Positions 39,870 to 52,000 of a stretch of 55,901 bases of DNA are shown in pieces. Made by a program: the position numbers and the translations under genes. Within the stretch, counting starts at the first letter, position 1. Every line of letters starts with the position of its first letter. This DNA is from Cyanobacteria bacterium J06638_22. Lineage in GTDB: Bacteria; Cyanobacteriota; Cyanobacteriia; Elainellales; Elainellaceae. Where the stretch lies: positions 1-55,901 of the forward strand of contig JBCBSL010000001.1 of assembly GCA_039819145.1 (NCBI GenBank), read 5' to 3'. The notes beneath the pieces are model-generated. The model did not search any database. It was not told where the DNA came from and was given only the letters and a program-made list of their open reading frames with translations.

Positions 39870-40205
39870 AGTGTGTCGCTCATGCTCTGGAGTGCGTGAC
39901 GAAATCAGCCCAATGAAAAACGCTGAGGTTCCTCAAGGGCGTTCTCACACATTCCGGAAATCTCACAAATTTATCCGGGAAGTTCCGACAAAAGTCTTTT
40001 ATTAGAATAGTACATAAGTATTGTTTTGCGATCGCCCCATCCATCGGAAAATCTTATCAACGCTGGCCTTCCATCGGTCTAAAAATTGGTGGCACATCCG
40101 TCGCTACAAACCGCTTGCTTTTTGTGGAAGGATGCGTATGAGAGGATGCGATTAGGATGAAACCCTACGTGCCTCGTTGACGCAAAACCTGTGATAGCCA
40201 AACCC

Positions 40206-41420
40206 ATGTCTTCTTCGCCCCAGATTAGCCTGTGTATGATTGTCCGCAACGAGGTCGAGCGCCTATCTCGTTGCCTGGATAGTGTGCGCGATCTTGTTGA
40301 CGAGATGGTGGTGCTGGATACGGGGTCAACGGATGAGACGGTGGCGATTGCCCAATCCTATGGTGCAACGGTGCCCTTCTATGCTTGGAATGATGATTTT
40401 GCTGCTGCCCGCAATGTTGCGTTGGAGCACGTGACGGGCGACTGGGTGCTGGTACTAGATGCTGACGAAACCCTTTGCGAAGCTGCCATTCCTGCTATCC
40501 GCCAAAGCATTGCCAACGATAATCTATTGGTCATTAATCTCGTTCGTCAGGAAATTGGTGCCGACCAATCTCCCTATTCCCTGGTGTCGCGTCTGTTTCG
40601 TCGTCACCCAGCCGTGCGCTTCGATCGCCCGTACCATGCCCTGATCGACGACAGCGTGCTAGCGCTGAAAGACCGGGAACCCCACTGGCAGATCACCGAC
40701 CTGCCGATGGTGGCGATCGCCCACGCGGGGTACGAACCTGGCACCATTGCTCAACAAAACAAATCTGCACGGGCACAGGCTGCCCTCGAACGCTACCTGG
40801 CGGAGCATTCCGAGGATGTCTACGCCCATAGCAAACTGGGCGCGATCTACGTTCAGGCGGGCGACTTTGCTCGGGGGCTGGAAATCCTCAAGCGGGGGCT
40901 AAAACTGCAGGAGCAACAGTCTGCGCCCAATCCCCATCTGGCCTACGAGTTGCATTATCACCTCGGCATAGCTCGTTCCCGCCAGTCGCTTCCGGAGTTG
41001 GCACTGTCGCACTACCGCGTTGCCCTTAAACAATCCATTGGCGATCGCCTCAAACTGGGAGCCGCCATCAATCTAGGCAACCTGCTCAAAACCACAGGCA
41101 ACCTGGATGCTGCCCGCCAAATGTATGAAACTTGCATTGGCATTGACTCGGATTTTCCCCTCGCCCATTTCAACTTGGGTACTGTGCTGCGAGGGATGGG
41201 CAACCCCCAACAAGCGATCGCTCACTACGAACGGGCGATTCAACTCGCACCAGACTATGCTGAAGCCCACCAAAACCTTGGCGTTGCGTTCCTCAAACTG
41301 GGTCGTGTGCGCGATAGCCTCAAAGCCTTTGAACGGGCGATCGCCCTCCACGAAACCACGAATCCCCAGGAAGCCCAGCGCATCCGCCAGGAACTCGAAA
41401 AACTCCAATTCCAGGTCTGA
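40206..41420 (+). CDS. GT2 glycosyltransferase with TPR repeats
   Basis: ISLCMIVRNE, LDTGSTD, DFAAARN, LDADE; C-terminal TPRs (AHFNLG, AHQNLG). Confidence 0.9.
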   Translation: MSSSPQISLCMIVRNEVERLSRCLDSVRDLVDEMVVLDTGSTDETVAIAQSYGATVPFYAWNDDFAAARNVALEHVTGDWVLVLDADETLCEAAIPAIRQSIANDNLLVINLVRQEIGADQSPYSLVSRLFRRHPAVRFDRPYHALIDDSVLALKDREPHWQITDLPMVAIAHAGYEPGTIAQQNKSARAQAALERYLAEHSEDVYAHSKLGAIYVQAGDFARGLEILKRGLKLQEQQSAPNPHLAYELHYHLGIARSRQSLPELALSHYRVALKQSIGDRLKLGAAINLGNLLKTTGNLDAARQMYETCIGIDSDFPLAHFNLGTVLRGMGNPQQAIAHYERAIQLAPDYAEAHQNLGVAFLKLGRVRDSLKAFERAIALHETTNPQEAQRIRQELEKLQFQV

Positions 41421-41525
41421 GGTAGTTTTTCAAAAAGAATGTACCCGCTGGCTTCGACTACGCTCAGCCAGCGATCGACTACGCTCAGCCAGCCGTTTGT
41501 GCCCTGAGCGCAGTCGGAGGACACC
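41417..41525. repeat. REP-like/MITE element, family M (copy 2) with internal 21-nt duplication
   Basis: Inverted homolog of 37590-37690; TCGACTACGCTCAGCCAGC at 41454 and 41475; its left end CTGAGG contains the TGA stop of the upstream gene. Confidence 0.65.
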
Positions 41526-41942
41526 CCCTTGCGAGATCCTCTCTTGAGACTCTTCCAATACTTGCGGCAGTGAAATCGCTCAATGACCGGACGACATACA
41601 GTAACCACTCTTACAGAAGCGAACTTTTGTAACGGTAGTTGGAAGCTGTGAGCGGGCGATCGCTTGCGTGACTAGACGGTGCGGCTGAAGATGACCGAGC
41701 CGATTGCCTTTTTTGACAAGCATTCTAGGCGAAGGCTTCAGGAAATAAGTGTGGCTTGCAACCCTGTTGTAACGCAGTAGATGTCTCAGGCTATCCGGAT
41801 GTTTTTGAGAAAGTGTCGGGAGCGTACAGAGTGAACTTTTGTGACGAATCACTGGGGGTGGTAACCGGAGGGGCGATCGCTGAATGGTAAGCTAGCGAAT
41901 GCATTTATAAATTTCTTTGGTTTAGTAAACGCGGGAGTCGAG

Positions 41943-43004
41943 ATGACAGAATCCACCCAGATTCCTTACTTGTTGAGAGCCGCCAGAGGCGAAAAGCTGG
42001 ATCGCCCCCCGGTATGGATGATGCGTCAGGCCGGACGCTACATGAAGGCCTATCGTGCTCTACGGGAGAAGTATCCTTCCTTCCGCGAGCGTTCGGAAAC
42101 GGTCGACATCGCCGTAGAGATTTCGCTACAGCCCTGGCGTGCGTTTCGTCCGGATGGGGTGATTCTGTTTTCCGATATCTTGACGCCGCTACCAGGCTTG
42201 GGCATTCCCTTCGACATTGTGGAAAGCAAAGGCCCCATCATCGACCCGCCGATTCGGACTCAGGAACAGGTGGACAAGCTGCACCCCCTCGACCCTGAGG
42301 AAAGCGTTCCGTTTGTGGGCGAGATTCTGCGTACCCTGAAGCGGGAAGTGGGTAACAAAGCCGCGTTGCTGGGCTTTGTCGGCGCACCCTGGACGCTGGC
42401 GGCCTACTCCATAGAGGGCAAAGGCTCAAAAGATTACAGCACGATCAAAAGTATGGCGTTTTCAGAGCCAGCCATGCTGCACCAATTCCTCAGCCTGATT
42501 GCAGACTCGATCGCCACCTATGTGGGCTACCAGATTGAGAATGGGGCGCAGGTCGTGCAGATGTTTGACTCCTGGGCTGGACACCTCAGTCCGATGGACT
42601 ATGATATTTTTGCGTTGCCTTACCAGCAACAGGTCGTGCGTCAGGTCAAGGCGAAGTATCCTGATGTGCCTCTCATCCTTTATATCAGCGGTAGTGCAGG
42701 CATCCTTGAGCGGATGGCTCAATCTGGTGTTGATATTGTGAGTGTGGATTGGACGGTTGATATGGCGGATGCACGGCGGCGGCTTGGGCCTTCCGTTGGG
42801 GTGCAGGGGAATATTGACCCCGGCATCCTGTTCGGCTCTAAGGTGCTGATTCGCGATCGCATTATCGACACCATCCGCAAGGCTGGAAATCAGGGGCATA
42901 TCCTTAATCTGGGGCATGGCATTTTGCCCAAAACTCCAGAAGACAATGCAGCGTTTTTCTTTGAGACGGCAAAACAGGCGGATCAACTGCTAGCGGTTGC
43001 GTAA
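41943..43004 (+). CDS. hemE: uroporphyrinogen decarboxylase
   Basis: [46 protein letters not shown]. Confidence 0.98.
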   Translation: MTESTQIPYLLRAARGEKLDRPPVWMMRQAGRYMKAYRALREKYPSFRERSETVDIAVEISLQPWRAFRPDGVILFSDILTPLPGLGIPFDIVESKGPIIDPPIRTQEQVDKLHPLDPEESVPFVGEILRTLKREVGNKAALLGFVGAPWTLAAYSIEGKGSKDYSTIKSMAFSEPAMLHQFLSLIADSIATYVGYQIENGAQVVQMFDSWAGHLSPMDYDIFALPYQQQVVRQVKAKYPDVPLILYISGSAGILERMAQSGVDIVSVDWTVDMADARRRLGPSVGVQGNIDPGILFGSKVLIRDRIIDTIRKAGNQGHILNLGHGILPKTPEDNAAFFFETAKQADQLLAVA

Positions 43005-43337
43005 AGCATGAATTAGCCCGCCTAAATGGCCGAGTTGGACAATTGCACTGGGAAAAATCGAGCTCCTGCGAACACATCGAGCACGTATAATACGAATCCA
43101 GCTTAAGATTGTGTTCCAGGTTGCTTTCTCACTTGCTTGGCGTTTGTGCCACAGCCCTAGCTTGGGTTTCGGTTTCGCCTGAGTGGGAATTGCTGTTGTG
43201 CCAAGCTTCTGCCCTATTCCATTTCAGTTAATGGTCTGGTGCGTTCATACTCAGGATTTGATTCTGAGTGCTCAGGCCATGGATAACTATGGAGAGGCGT
43301 TTCCGCATCGCTGATTTGTCAGACTTTTCATCTGCCC

Positions 43338-44372
43338 ATGACTGCTAAACGGATTTTCGTGACCGGCGCCAGTGGTTGCATTGGTCACTACATTACGGAT
43401 GCGCTGATTCAGCAAACATCCCACGAATTGTTCTTGCTGGTGCGGAATCCAGACAAGCTGAAGATTGACTTGGAAGCGCGATCGGGTATCCATCTCCTGC
43501 AAGGAGACATGTACCAGATTGAGCGCTTTAGCGACTTATTGAAGACGATGGATGCAGCGATCCTGGCGGCAGCTGCCTGGGGTGGTGTTCAGGAAACCTA
43601 CGATATTAATGTCACCAAAACCATCCGGTTAATGAATTTGCTCGATCCGGACGTATGCCAGCAGGTGATTTATTTCTCGACGGCTAGTATTCTCGATCGC
43701 CAAAATCAGCCGCTATCGGAAGCGGGGCAACTAGGCACGGACTACATTCGCTCTAAGTTCACCTGTCACCAGCGGCTCAAGAAGCTGGCGATCGCCCCCC
43801 ACGTCACCACGGTTTTTCCCACGCTTGTCTTCGGCGGTGATGTGGATAAGCCAGCTTCTCACCTCAACCAGGGCTTACCCGATGTGTTGCGCTGGATGGG
43901 GCTGATCCGGTTTTTTAAGCTGGAGGGCAGCTTCCACTACATTCACAGTCGCGATATTGCCCAGGTGGTGGTGCATTTGCTTGAGCATCCCCCCGGAGAG
44001 GAAGCGTCGCGAGAACTCGTGCTGGGTAACCCGCCGATGACGGCCAATCAGGCGATCGAGGCAATGTGCAAGTACCTGAACAAGCCAATTTACCTGCGCA
44101 TTCCCCTAACGCTTCCCCTCGCTAATTTCTTTATCCGCGTGTTTCGGATTCAGATGGCGGCATGGGATCGATTTTGCATGTCCTATCGCCATTTCACTCA
44201 TCAGAATCCAGTGAATCCTGCAACCTATGGTGCGGTTCCCTATTGCTCTAGTCTCGGCGATGTGCTGAAAGTAAGTGGTGTTGTGCCCAAGAAACCTGAG
44301 GCGATCGCCCGCCCAGTTTCTCCCCGGCAAACAATTCAACCCTCTAAAGCCGATCAACCAACGCTAAAGTAG
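43338..44372 (+). CDS. NAD-dependent epimerase/dehydratase family protein
   Basis: IFVTGASGCIG Rossmann motif, FSTAS, YIRSK (YxxxK). Confidence 0.9.
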   Translation: MTAKRIFVTGASGCIGHYITDALIQQTSHELFLLVRNPDKLKIDLEARSGIHLLQGDMYQIERFSDLLKTMDAAILAAAAWGGVQETYDINVTKTIRLMNLLDPDVCQQVIYFSTASILDRQNQPLSEAGQLGTDYIRSKFTCHQRLKKLAIAPHVTTVFPTLVFGGDVDKPASHLNQGLPDVLRWMGLIRFFKLEGSFHYIHSRDIAQVVVHLLEHPPGEEASRELVLGNPPMTANQAIEAMCKYLNKPIYLRIPLTLPLANFFIRVFRIQMAAWDRFCMSYRHFTHQNPVNPATYGAVPYCSSLGDVLKVSGVVPKKPEAIARPVSPRQTIQPSKADQPTLK

Positions 44373-44467
44373 TGGCGTTGCGGGTTGAGGGTATGAATTT
44401 TTCCGAGAAGGGCGTTCTTTCCCCTTTCTCGGAAAAATTCATACTTGGATCCTGCAACCCCAAAGTA
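44370..44467. mobile_element. MITE-like palindromic element, family I
   Basis: GTATGAATTTTTCCGAGAA/TTCTCGGAAAAATTCATAC stem 44391-44444; begins at the epimerase TAG. Confidence 0.55.
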
Positions 44468-44801
44468 ATCGATCGGTCGGTTCAATTCTGCGAAAAATCG
44501 AGTCTTACCTGAGCGGTAGTGGCATAGCATTGACCGCTACTTTTCTGGGAAGGTTGTATACGGTGCAGCTATCTTCTCATCAAAGGCTCATATTAATAAC
44601 AATCTTTCTTGAGAACATTGAGCATTATTTCAAGGATTTATCACTGAAGAACAAACGGGTTACGCTAGTGCTAAAGCATCCTTAAAAGATAGCCTCTTTC
44701 TAACTGAAATGAGGCGATTATTTGGTTGTGAAAACTATTTGAAAAAACACTATTTTTCTGTGTGAAATTTTCGATATCTCAATGTTACTTCTGGTTTTGT
44801 T

Positions 44802-45878
44802 ATGCATATTTACACTTTGGATCAGTGGCAGCATTCCCATGACTTTGCGATCGCGCAAACTCAAGCCGAAAAGCGCACAAAAATTGTGCTTCTGCTCACA
44901 GCCATAACAATGGTGGTCGAGATTGCAGCAGGAACGGTATTTGGCTCAATGGCTCTGCTGGCAGACGGTTGGCATATGGCAACCCATGTCGCAGCGTTTG
45001 CCATCACCGTGTTTGCCTATGCCTATGCTCGCCGTCATGCCCATGATCCCAAATACACGTTTGGGACAGGTAAGGTGAGCGTTTTGGGTGGCTTCACCAG
45101 TGCTGTTGCTCTGGGTGTAGTGGCCTTCATTATGGCGATGGAATCGATCGGTCGGTTCTTCGATCCGCATACGATTCGGTTTAATGAAGCCATCTATGTT
45201 GCAGTGATTGGATTAGCGGTCAATCTCATCAGCGCTTGGTTGTTGGGTGACCATCACGACCATACCCATCACCACGGCTCTCACGGACACGGCCATCACC
45301 AACAAACACACCATAGCCCTGAGCCTCACGACCATGATCAAGCGCACCACGATCATGAATCCGATGATCACTCTGACCATGACGAGATGGATCACCGCGA
45401 CCATAACCTCCAGGCCGCGTACATCCATGTGCTGGCCGATGCCTTAACCTCTGTGCTGGCGATCGCGGCGCTGTTCTCTGGAAAATACCTGGGTTGGGTA
45501 TGGATGGATGCGGTGATGGGCTTGGTGGGGGTAGCGGTTATCAGCCGTTGGGCCTATGGTTTGGTACGCGATACAGGTGTGATTTTGCTAGATGGTGCGG
45601 CAGACAATAAGACCCGACGGGCGATCGCGAGTACGATCGAAGCAGACATGGACAATCGGGTGGCCGATCTCCATGTTTGGAATGTGAGTCCTTATCACAT
45701 TTCTGCGATGGTCGTGCTGGTGACGCACTTCCCGCAACCGCCAGACCACTACAAACATCTCCTGGAAGGGATTCCGGCTCTGTCCCATGTGGTCATTGAG
45801 GTTAACTCTTGTCATGGCGAACCTTGCATGGAGGTACATCCTCCCGCTCACGACCAAGTTCCTGCTCTCTCCTCATAA
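44802..45878 (+). CDS. dmeF: CDF-family Co(II)/Ni(II) efflux transporter, DmeF-like
   Basis: W.HSHDF N-terminus, SMALLADGWHMATH, FGTGK, long His/Asp-rich loop, HNLQAAYIHVLADALTS. Confidence 0.85.
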   Translation: MHIYTLDQWQHSHDFAIAQTQAEKRTKIVLLLTAITMVVEIAAGTVFGSMALLADGWHMATHVAAFAITVFAYAYARRHAHDPKYTFGTGKVSVLGGFTSAVALGVVAFIMAMESIGRFFDPHTIRFNEAIYVAVIGLAVNLISAWLLGDHHDHTHHHGSHGHGHHQQTHHSPEPHDHDQAHHDHESDDHSDHDEMDHRDHNLQAAYIHVLADALTSVLAIAALFSGKYLGWVWMDAVMGLVGVAVISRWAYGLVRDTGVILLDGAADNKTRRAIASTIEADMDNRVADLHVWNVSPYHISAMVVLVTHFPQPPDHYKHLLEGIPALSHVVIEVNSCHGEPCMEVHPPAHDQVPALSS

Positions 45879-45925
45879 AGACGAGGGCAGTACTAATCCG
45901 CTAAGAATTCGCTACAGGTCATTAC

Positions 45926-45954
45926 TTGAAATCCTTGCAGCGCAAGGATTTCAA
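45926..45954. repeat. hairpin between convergent dmeF and PKS (MITE core or terminator)
   Basis: TTGAAATCCTTGC-AGC-GCAAGGATTTCAA. Confidence 0.55.
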
Positions 45955-46001
45955 TCAATGAATGGGTTTTGGCTTTCATTGAAGCGGCATGAAAACGAGC
46001 G

Positions 46002-49000
46002 CTACTCTTTATCCTGGTTGAGGCGATCGAGTTCCGCCAATAGCAACGCCTCTGCTTCTGCTTCGGAGAGACCATCAACCCCAGAGTCGGGAAGGGGGGA
46101 TGATGCACTGTCGTTTGAAGCAGAGGTTTTCTCCGTAGCGAAATCCTCCGAGTCTGGACAGAGGCGCTTGGTCAGATAATGGGTGAGAGCAGCAGGGGTT
46201 GGATAGTCGAACAGCAGAGTAATGGGAAGTGGTTGCCCGACATCGGTTTGTAGGCGGTTGCGCAGCTCGACAGCCGTGAGAGAATCTAAGCCCAGTTCGG
46301 TGAAACCCTGGTCAATATCAAGGGTGTCGGCGGTGGTACCTAGCACTCTGGCGACCTGAGTTTTGACATAGGTAGCAAGGATTTGTGGGTGCTGCTCAAC
46401 AGGGGTTTGCCCCAATGTCTCCACCAGAGAGCGGACAGTTGTTGCAGGATTGGAAGGGGCAGGTTGTTGTGCCTGTGTTAAAAGATCTTTCACCAAAGAC
46501 GATGCGCCTCCCGATCGCACCCATTTTTCCCAATCCATTGCCATAACACCGACCTGTGCTAGAGCGCTAACCAGGAGAATGTCGAGGAGATCCAGGGCCG
46601 CATCAGGCGGTAGGAAGGTAATGCCTCTATCAGTCAGGTTTTGGCGCACAGTGTGGTCGATCGCCATACCTGTCTCGTCCCAGGCTCCCCAGTTGATGCT
46701 GAGGGCAGGCAAACCGACGCTGTGGCGATGATGGGCGATCGCATCCAAATAAGCATTCGCAGCGGCATAGTTCACCTGACCTGCCAAGCCGAGTAGCGAT
46801 GCGGCAGATGAGAAGAGAACGAAGCAATCGAGATCGACGGTGGCTTGTGCGTTTTGGGTGAGTTGGTGGAGGTTCCAGGTTCCCTGAACCTTGGGGGCAA
46901 GAACGCGATCGCACTGCTCAGGGGTTTGGTGGATAAGAGCACCATCGTCTAGGATTCCAGCCGCGTGGAAGATGCCGCGCAGGGGTGGATGCGGTGCCGC
47001 AGCATCGGCATGGAGGTAGGGCGCAAGGACATTGGCGAGGGCAGGGCGATCGCTTACATCTGCCTTCAGGGTTTCGACGGTAACGCCTTTATCTTGTAGT
47101 TTCTCCAGAGTCGATTGTGCGGCGTTGGAAGGGGCGGAGCGTCCCAACAAAAGCAAATGCTTTGCACCACGTTGAGCCAGCCATTCTGCCAATCGCAGTC
47201 CCAACGCTCCGAGTCCACCCGTAATCAGATACGTGCTATCGGGTCGAGGCGAAAAGCTGGGGGTGATGACGAGCTTGCCGATATGCTTGGCTTGCTGCAT
47301 CGTGCGGAACGCGGCGATCGCTCCATCCCTAACAAATACCTGATGCGGCAGGGGTTGCAGAGTCCCAGACGCAAACTGAGGCATCAGTTCTTGCAGCATG
47401 GCCTGAATCAAATCCGGCTGGCGCTGGGTCAGCTCCATCAAGTCCACCACAGCGTAAGTGGCATGGGGGCGCACCTCGGCGACCTGACTGGAATGCCAGA
47501 TACCGGATTTCCCAATTTCCAAGAAGCAGCCTTCGGACTTCAGCACAGACAAGCTCTTGGGGATAAAGTCGCCATTGAGAGAGTTGAGAATGAGATCGAC
47601 TCCTTCGCCGTCGGTTGCGGCTAGGATTTCGTCGGCAAAATCGAGGGTGCGGGAGTTGTGGATATGGGTAATTTGGCGGGATTTCAGTACATCCCATTTA
47701 CCAGGAGAGGCCGTAGCAAAGATTTCGGCACCCGCCTGTTGTGCCAGTTGGATGGCGGCTAGCCCAACGCCGCCCGTTGCCGCGTGGATGAGGACGCGTT
47801 CGCGTCGCGTCTCCGAGGGAGAATCGCCCGCTTGCATCCCCCCAACTTTGCACAGCATGTAATACGCCGTCAGAAACACGACGGGAATTGTTGCGGCGGC
47901 TGCAAAGCTCATTCCTTCGGGCTTTGGCGCAACCAGGCGAGCATCGGTGGTGACATAGTCTCCAAAGCTGCCAGCGGCAATGGCCACGACCGCATCCCCT
48001 GGCTGAAACGCGGAAACCCCTTCACCAACGCGCACGATTTCCCCAGCGCATTCCAGCCCCAAGGCTCCAGCTTCGCCAGGATACAGCCCCAGCGCATTCA
48101 GCACATCCCGGAAGTTCAAGCCCGTTGCTCGCACCCGGATTTCCACTTCTCCTGATTGCGGTGCTGATCGGGCAAGGGATTCCCAGGTCAGTGCTTCCAG
48201 GGTGCCGCGTTGCTGAATCTGCAATTGCTGTCCAGTATCTGCGCTGGGCAGTTGGTGACGTAGGGCGGAGCGCGCCAATCGGGCGACGTAGCGTTTCCCA
48301 TCGCGATAGGCAATCTGGGTTTCGGTGGGTGAGGTGAAATCTTTCAGGAGCATCTCGGCAGGCGTATGTGAATCCCAGTCGATGTGGGTGCAATGAAGCT
48401 CGGGATGTTCCAGGGCGATCGCCCGCACCATCCCCACCAGTGGCGCTTGCTCTAACGCCACTTCCGTCAGTCCATTTCCTACAGATTGAACGTTTTGGGT
48501 GATGAGCCAAACACGCGGCGGCTGCGCCTGTTTCACCAAATGTTGAACCCCACGCAGGAACCAATGACATTGCTCTGTTGCCGTGGCCTTTTCGTCGGTA
48601 AGGAAAATGACGTTCTGCACCTCAGCGGGCAATACTTTGGGAACCTCTGTTGTTTGAGTAACAGTGTGTCCCTGGGATTGCAGAGTTTGAGGGATGCAGT
48701 GGATAGATGTGTCAATGGATGACGGAGTGACCACGAGCCAGTGGGTGGGTCGCGCTGTGGGGGACTGGGGCGGTGTGGCGATGTGCCACTGAAGTTCGTA
48801 GAGCCAATCGGCGATCGCGGGTGCGGCGGCAGAAGTGGTCGCGCGTTGGGCGGTCAACCCTTTAACTTGCACCAGAATATTTCCGGCTTCATCGAGCAGG
48901 TGAACATCTGCTGTGACCCATTTCCCGCCTTCTTTTAGGGGGTGCAGTTTGACGATGCTCCAGACGCGATCGCCAACCGGGCGAAATTGAGTGAGCTGTT

Positions 49001-52000
49001 CCAGTCCGATGGGTAGGTAAGGAGCAATGGCTTCTTCCGGCAATGCTGCCAGGATGAGTTGGAAGCAGGCATCCAGCAGCGCGGGGTGGATGTGATAGTT
49101 CTGGTTGGTATCAGCGGGAATTTCGATACGTCCGAGGGCGGCTCCATCTTTGCGCCAGAGTTGTTGGATGCCCTGGAAATGCGGCCCATAGTCGAGCCTG
49201 TGCGATCGCAACACCTCATAGTGAGCGGCGACATCAACGACCTCTCCACATTGCTGCTGCCAAAGGTGGAAGTCGATCGGATCTGGCGCAGGGGTGTCCT
49301 GATGTAACTCACCCGTGCAATGGAGCCGCCATGGGGTGGATGGCTGAGCATCAGGATGGCTGAGGATTTTGAGGGTAGCGCTGGTTTCTTTAGGGGTAAT
49401 GACGGTTTGAAGGGGAATTGGTGTTTCGGAGAGCGGCAGGCGTTGCGGCAGGCTGAGGCTGCGAATAGAGAAGGGTGTGTTTGGCCAGAGGGCGTTGCCT
49501 GCGGCAATCGCCATCTCCAAGTAGGCCGCTCCAGGAAAAACGGCTTGTCCGAAAACCTGATGGTCGTTGAGCCAGACAGGTTCTTGAGCAGAGAGTTCCG
49601 ACTGGAAGAGGCGATCGCTCACGGCCAGCATGAGCGGTGTACCCAGTAGCGGATGAACGGCTGAGGTGTTGGCGGTGAGGGGCGATCGCTTGGGTTTCGG
49701 CGCATCCAGCCAGTAGCGCTGGCGCTGGAAGGGATAGGTGGGCAGCGGGATGCGTCCCAGTCCTTGTCCGGTGAAGCCCGATTGCCAGTCAATCGAATAG
49801 CCCTGGGTGTAAAGCTTGGCGAGGCTATGGAGAAAGGTGGTGGGATGATTGGGGTGGAGAGTTGGGAGATGAACAGATGGCTGGTCTTGATCCAGATGTC
49901 TGCCGTCTGTCGCAAGATTGAGCAGGATTGGCTTTGGCCCACATTCCAAGAGGATCGAGGGATGGGTGGTGTGGAGCGTGTCGAGGCTCTGGGCAAAGCG
50001 AACGGGCTGGCAAATGTGGCGACACCAGTAATCAGGGGTGGCGATCGCCTCATCCACAACATCCCCAGTCAGATTGGAGATAAGCGGCAGCGTAGGGGGA
50101 TGATAGTCGATAGACTGCGCGACTTCCCGAAAGTCAGCAACCATTGGTTGCATTAGAGCTGAGTGAAATGCATGGGAAACCGTCAGCCGAGTCGTTTTGA
50201 TGCCAGCGTTCTGTAGTTGAACCTCCAGTTGTTCCAGAGCTTCATCGGAGCCGGAGAGAACGGTGTTTTCGGGGCTGTTGAGAGCGGCAATGTCGATTGT
50301 GGAAGGTTTGGCGATCGCTCCGGTGTCCTTGAAAACTTGTTTCTGATAATTCTCCAGAAGTGGCTGAATCGTCGCTTCATCAGCCATAACCGCCAGCATT
50401 CCTCCGGTTTCTGGCAATGCTTGAATCAAGCGTCCCCGAGCGACCACCAACTTCAGCGCATCCTCCAGGGAGAATACCCCCGCGAGGCAGGCGGCGACAT
50501 ACTCCCCGATACTGTGCCCCAGAACTACCGCAGGCGTTACACCCCAGGAGCACCAGAGCTGTGCCACGGCGTATTCCAAGGCGAAGAGAGCGGGTTGCGT
50601 GTAAGCCGTCTGGTGGATTTTGGATTTGTGGGATGTCTGGCCGTTTTGAACCTCGGCTTCAGGAAACAGTAAGTCGAACAGGGAAATGTCCAGGTGGGGG
50701 GTGAGGAGATCGGCACATTGCTGGAGCGCATTGCGGAAGGCCGGGAAAACCAACAGTTCTCGCCCCATGTTGGGATACTGAGAACCTTGTCCGGTAAAGA
50801 GAAACGCCACCTTTTGGGACGCCGCACCCGCACTATCATCGGCATAGCCCTGGTAAAGCGCGGCAGATTCCATTGAGGCCTTGAGAACAGCTTTGAGCTG
50901 GTGCCGCAAATCTGCCACCGACTCCGCTACGATCGCCAAACGATGGGCAAAGTGCGATCGCCCCACCGCCGCTGTGAAACTCACATCTGCCAGCGACAGC
51001 TCAGGGTTCTCATCCAAAAATGCGACATACCGTTGCACTAGCGCCGCTAACGCAGGTTGCGATCGCGCCGACAACGTTACCACCTGCGGCACATCCGCCA
51101 AACCTCTGCTTAGAGCTGCCTTGCCTCCTTCCTCAGTTTTTCCCTCCTGCCATCTGCGTCCATCCGCGTTCATCTGCGTTGAATATTCTTCCAAAACCAC
51201 GTGAACGTTGGTTCCACCAATTCCCAGCGAGTTCACCCCCGCGCGCCGGGGATGATCACTCACATCCCAAGCCCGCGTCTCGGTATTGACGAAGAAAGGC
51301 GTTTGAGCAAAATCGATTTGAGGATTAGGCGTATCGAAGTGGAGACTGGGTGGAAGGGTTTTGTGATGCAGGGAGAGAACGGTTTTGAGAAACCCAACAA
51401 TCCCCGACGCAATGTTTAGATGGCCGACATTGGTTTTGACGGAGCCAATGGCGCAGAACTGATTTTTCTGGGTGGCCGCGCGAAACGCCTGGGTGAGGGA
51501 AGCGACTTCGATGGGGTCGCCTAGCTCTGTTCCAGTGCCGTGGGCTTCCAGGTAGGTGATGGTTTCGGGGTCAATATCGGCTAGGGCGATCGCCTCAGCC
51601 GCCACTAAAGTTTGCCCTTCCCCACGGGGTGCGAGGTAGCCCACCTTCTGGCTACCGTCGTTGCCCATTGCCGATCCTTTGACGACCGCATAGATGGTGT
51701 CCTGGTCGGCGATCGCTTCCTCCAACGGCTTTAGCACCACCAGTCCAACGCCGCTGCCAAAGAGGGTGCCCTGTGCCTGGGCATCGAAGGCGCGACAATG
51801 CCCATCTGGTGTGAGAATCATGCCTTCCTGAAAGAGATGTCCTGCCCGTTGGGGCGTATGCACTGAAACACCACCCGCCAGCGCCAGGTCACATTCCCCG
51901 GATAGCAAGCTCTGGCAAGCCATATGAACCGCCACTAGCGAGGTAGAGCAAGCGGTCTGCACATTGACGCTCGGCCCGCGCAGGTTGAGTTTGTAGGAAA

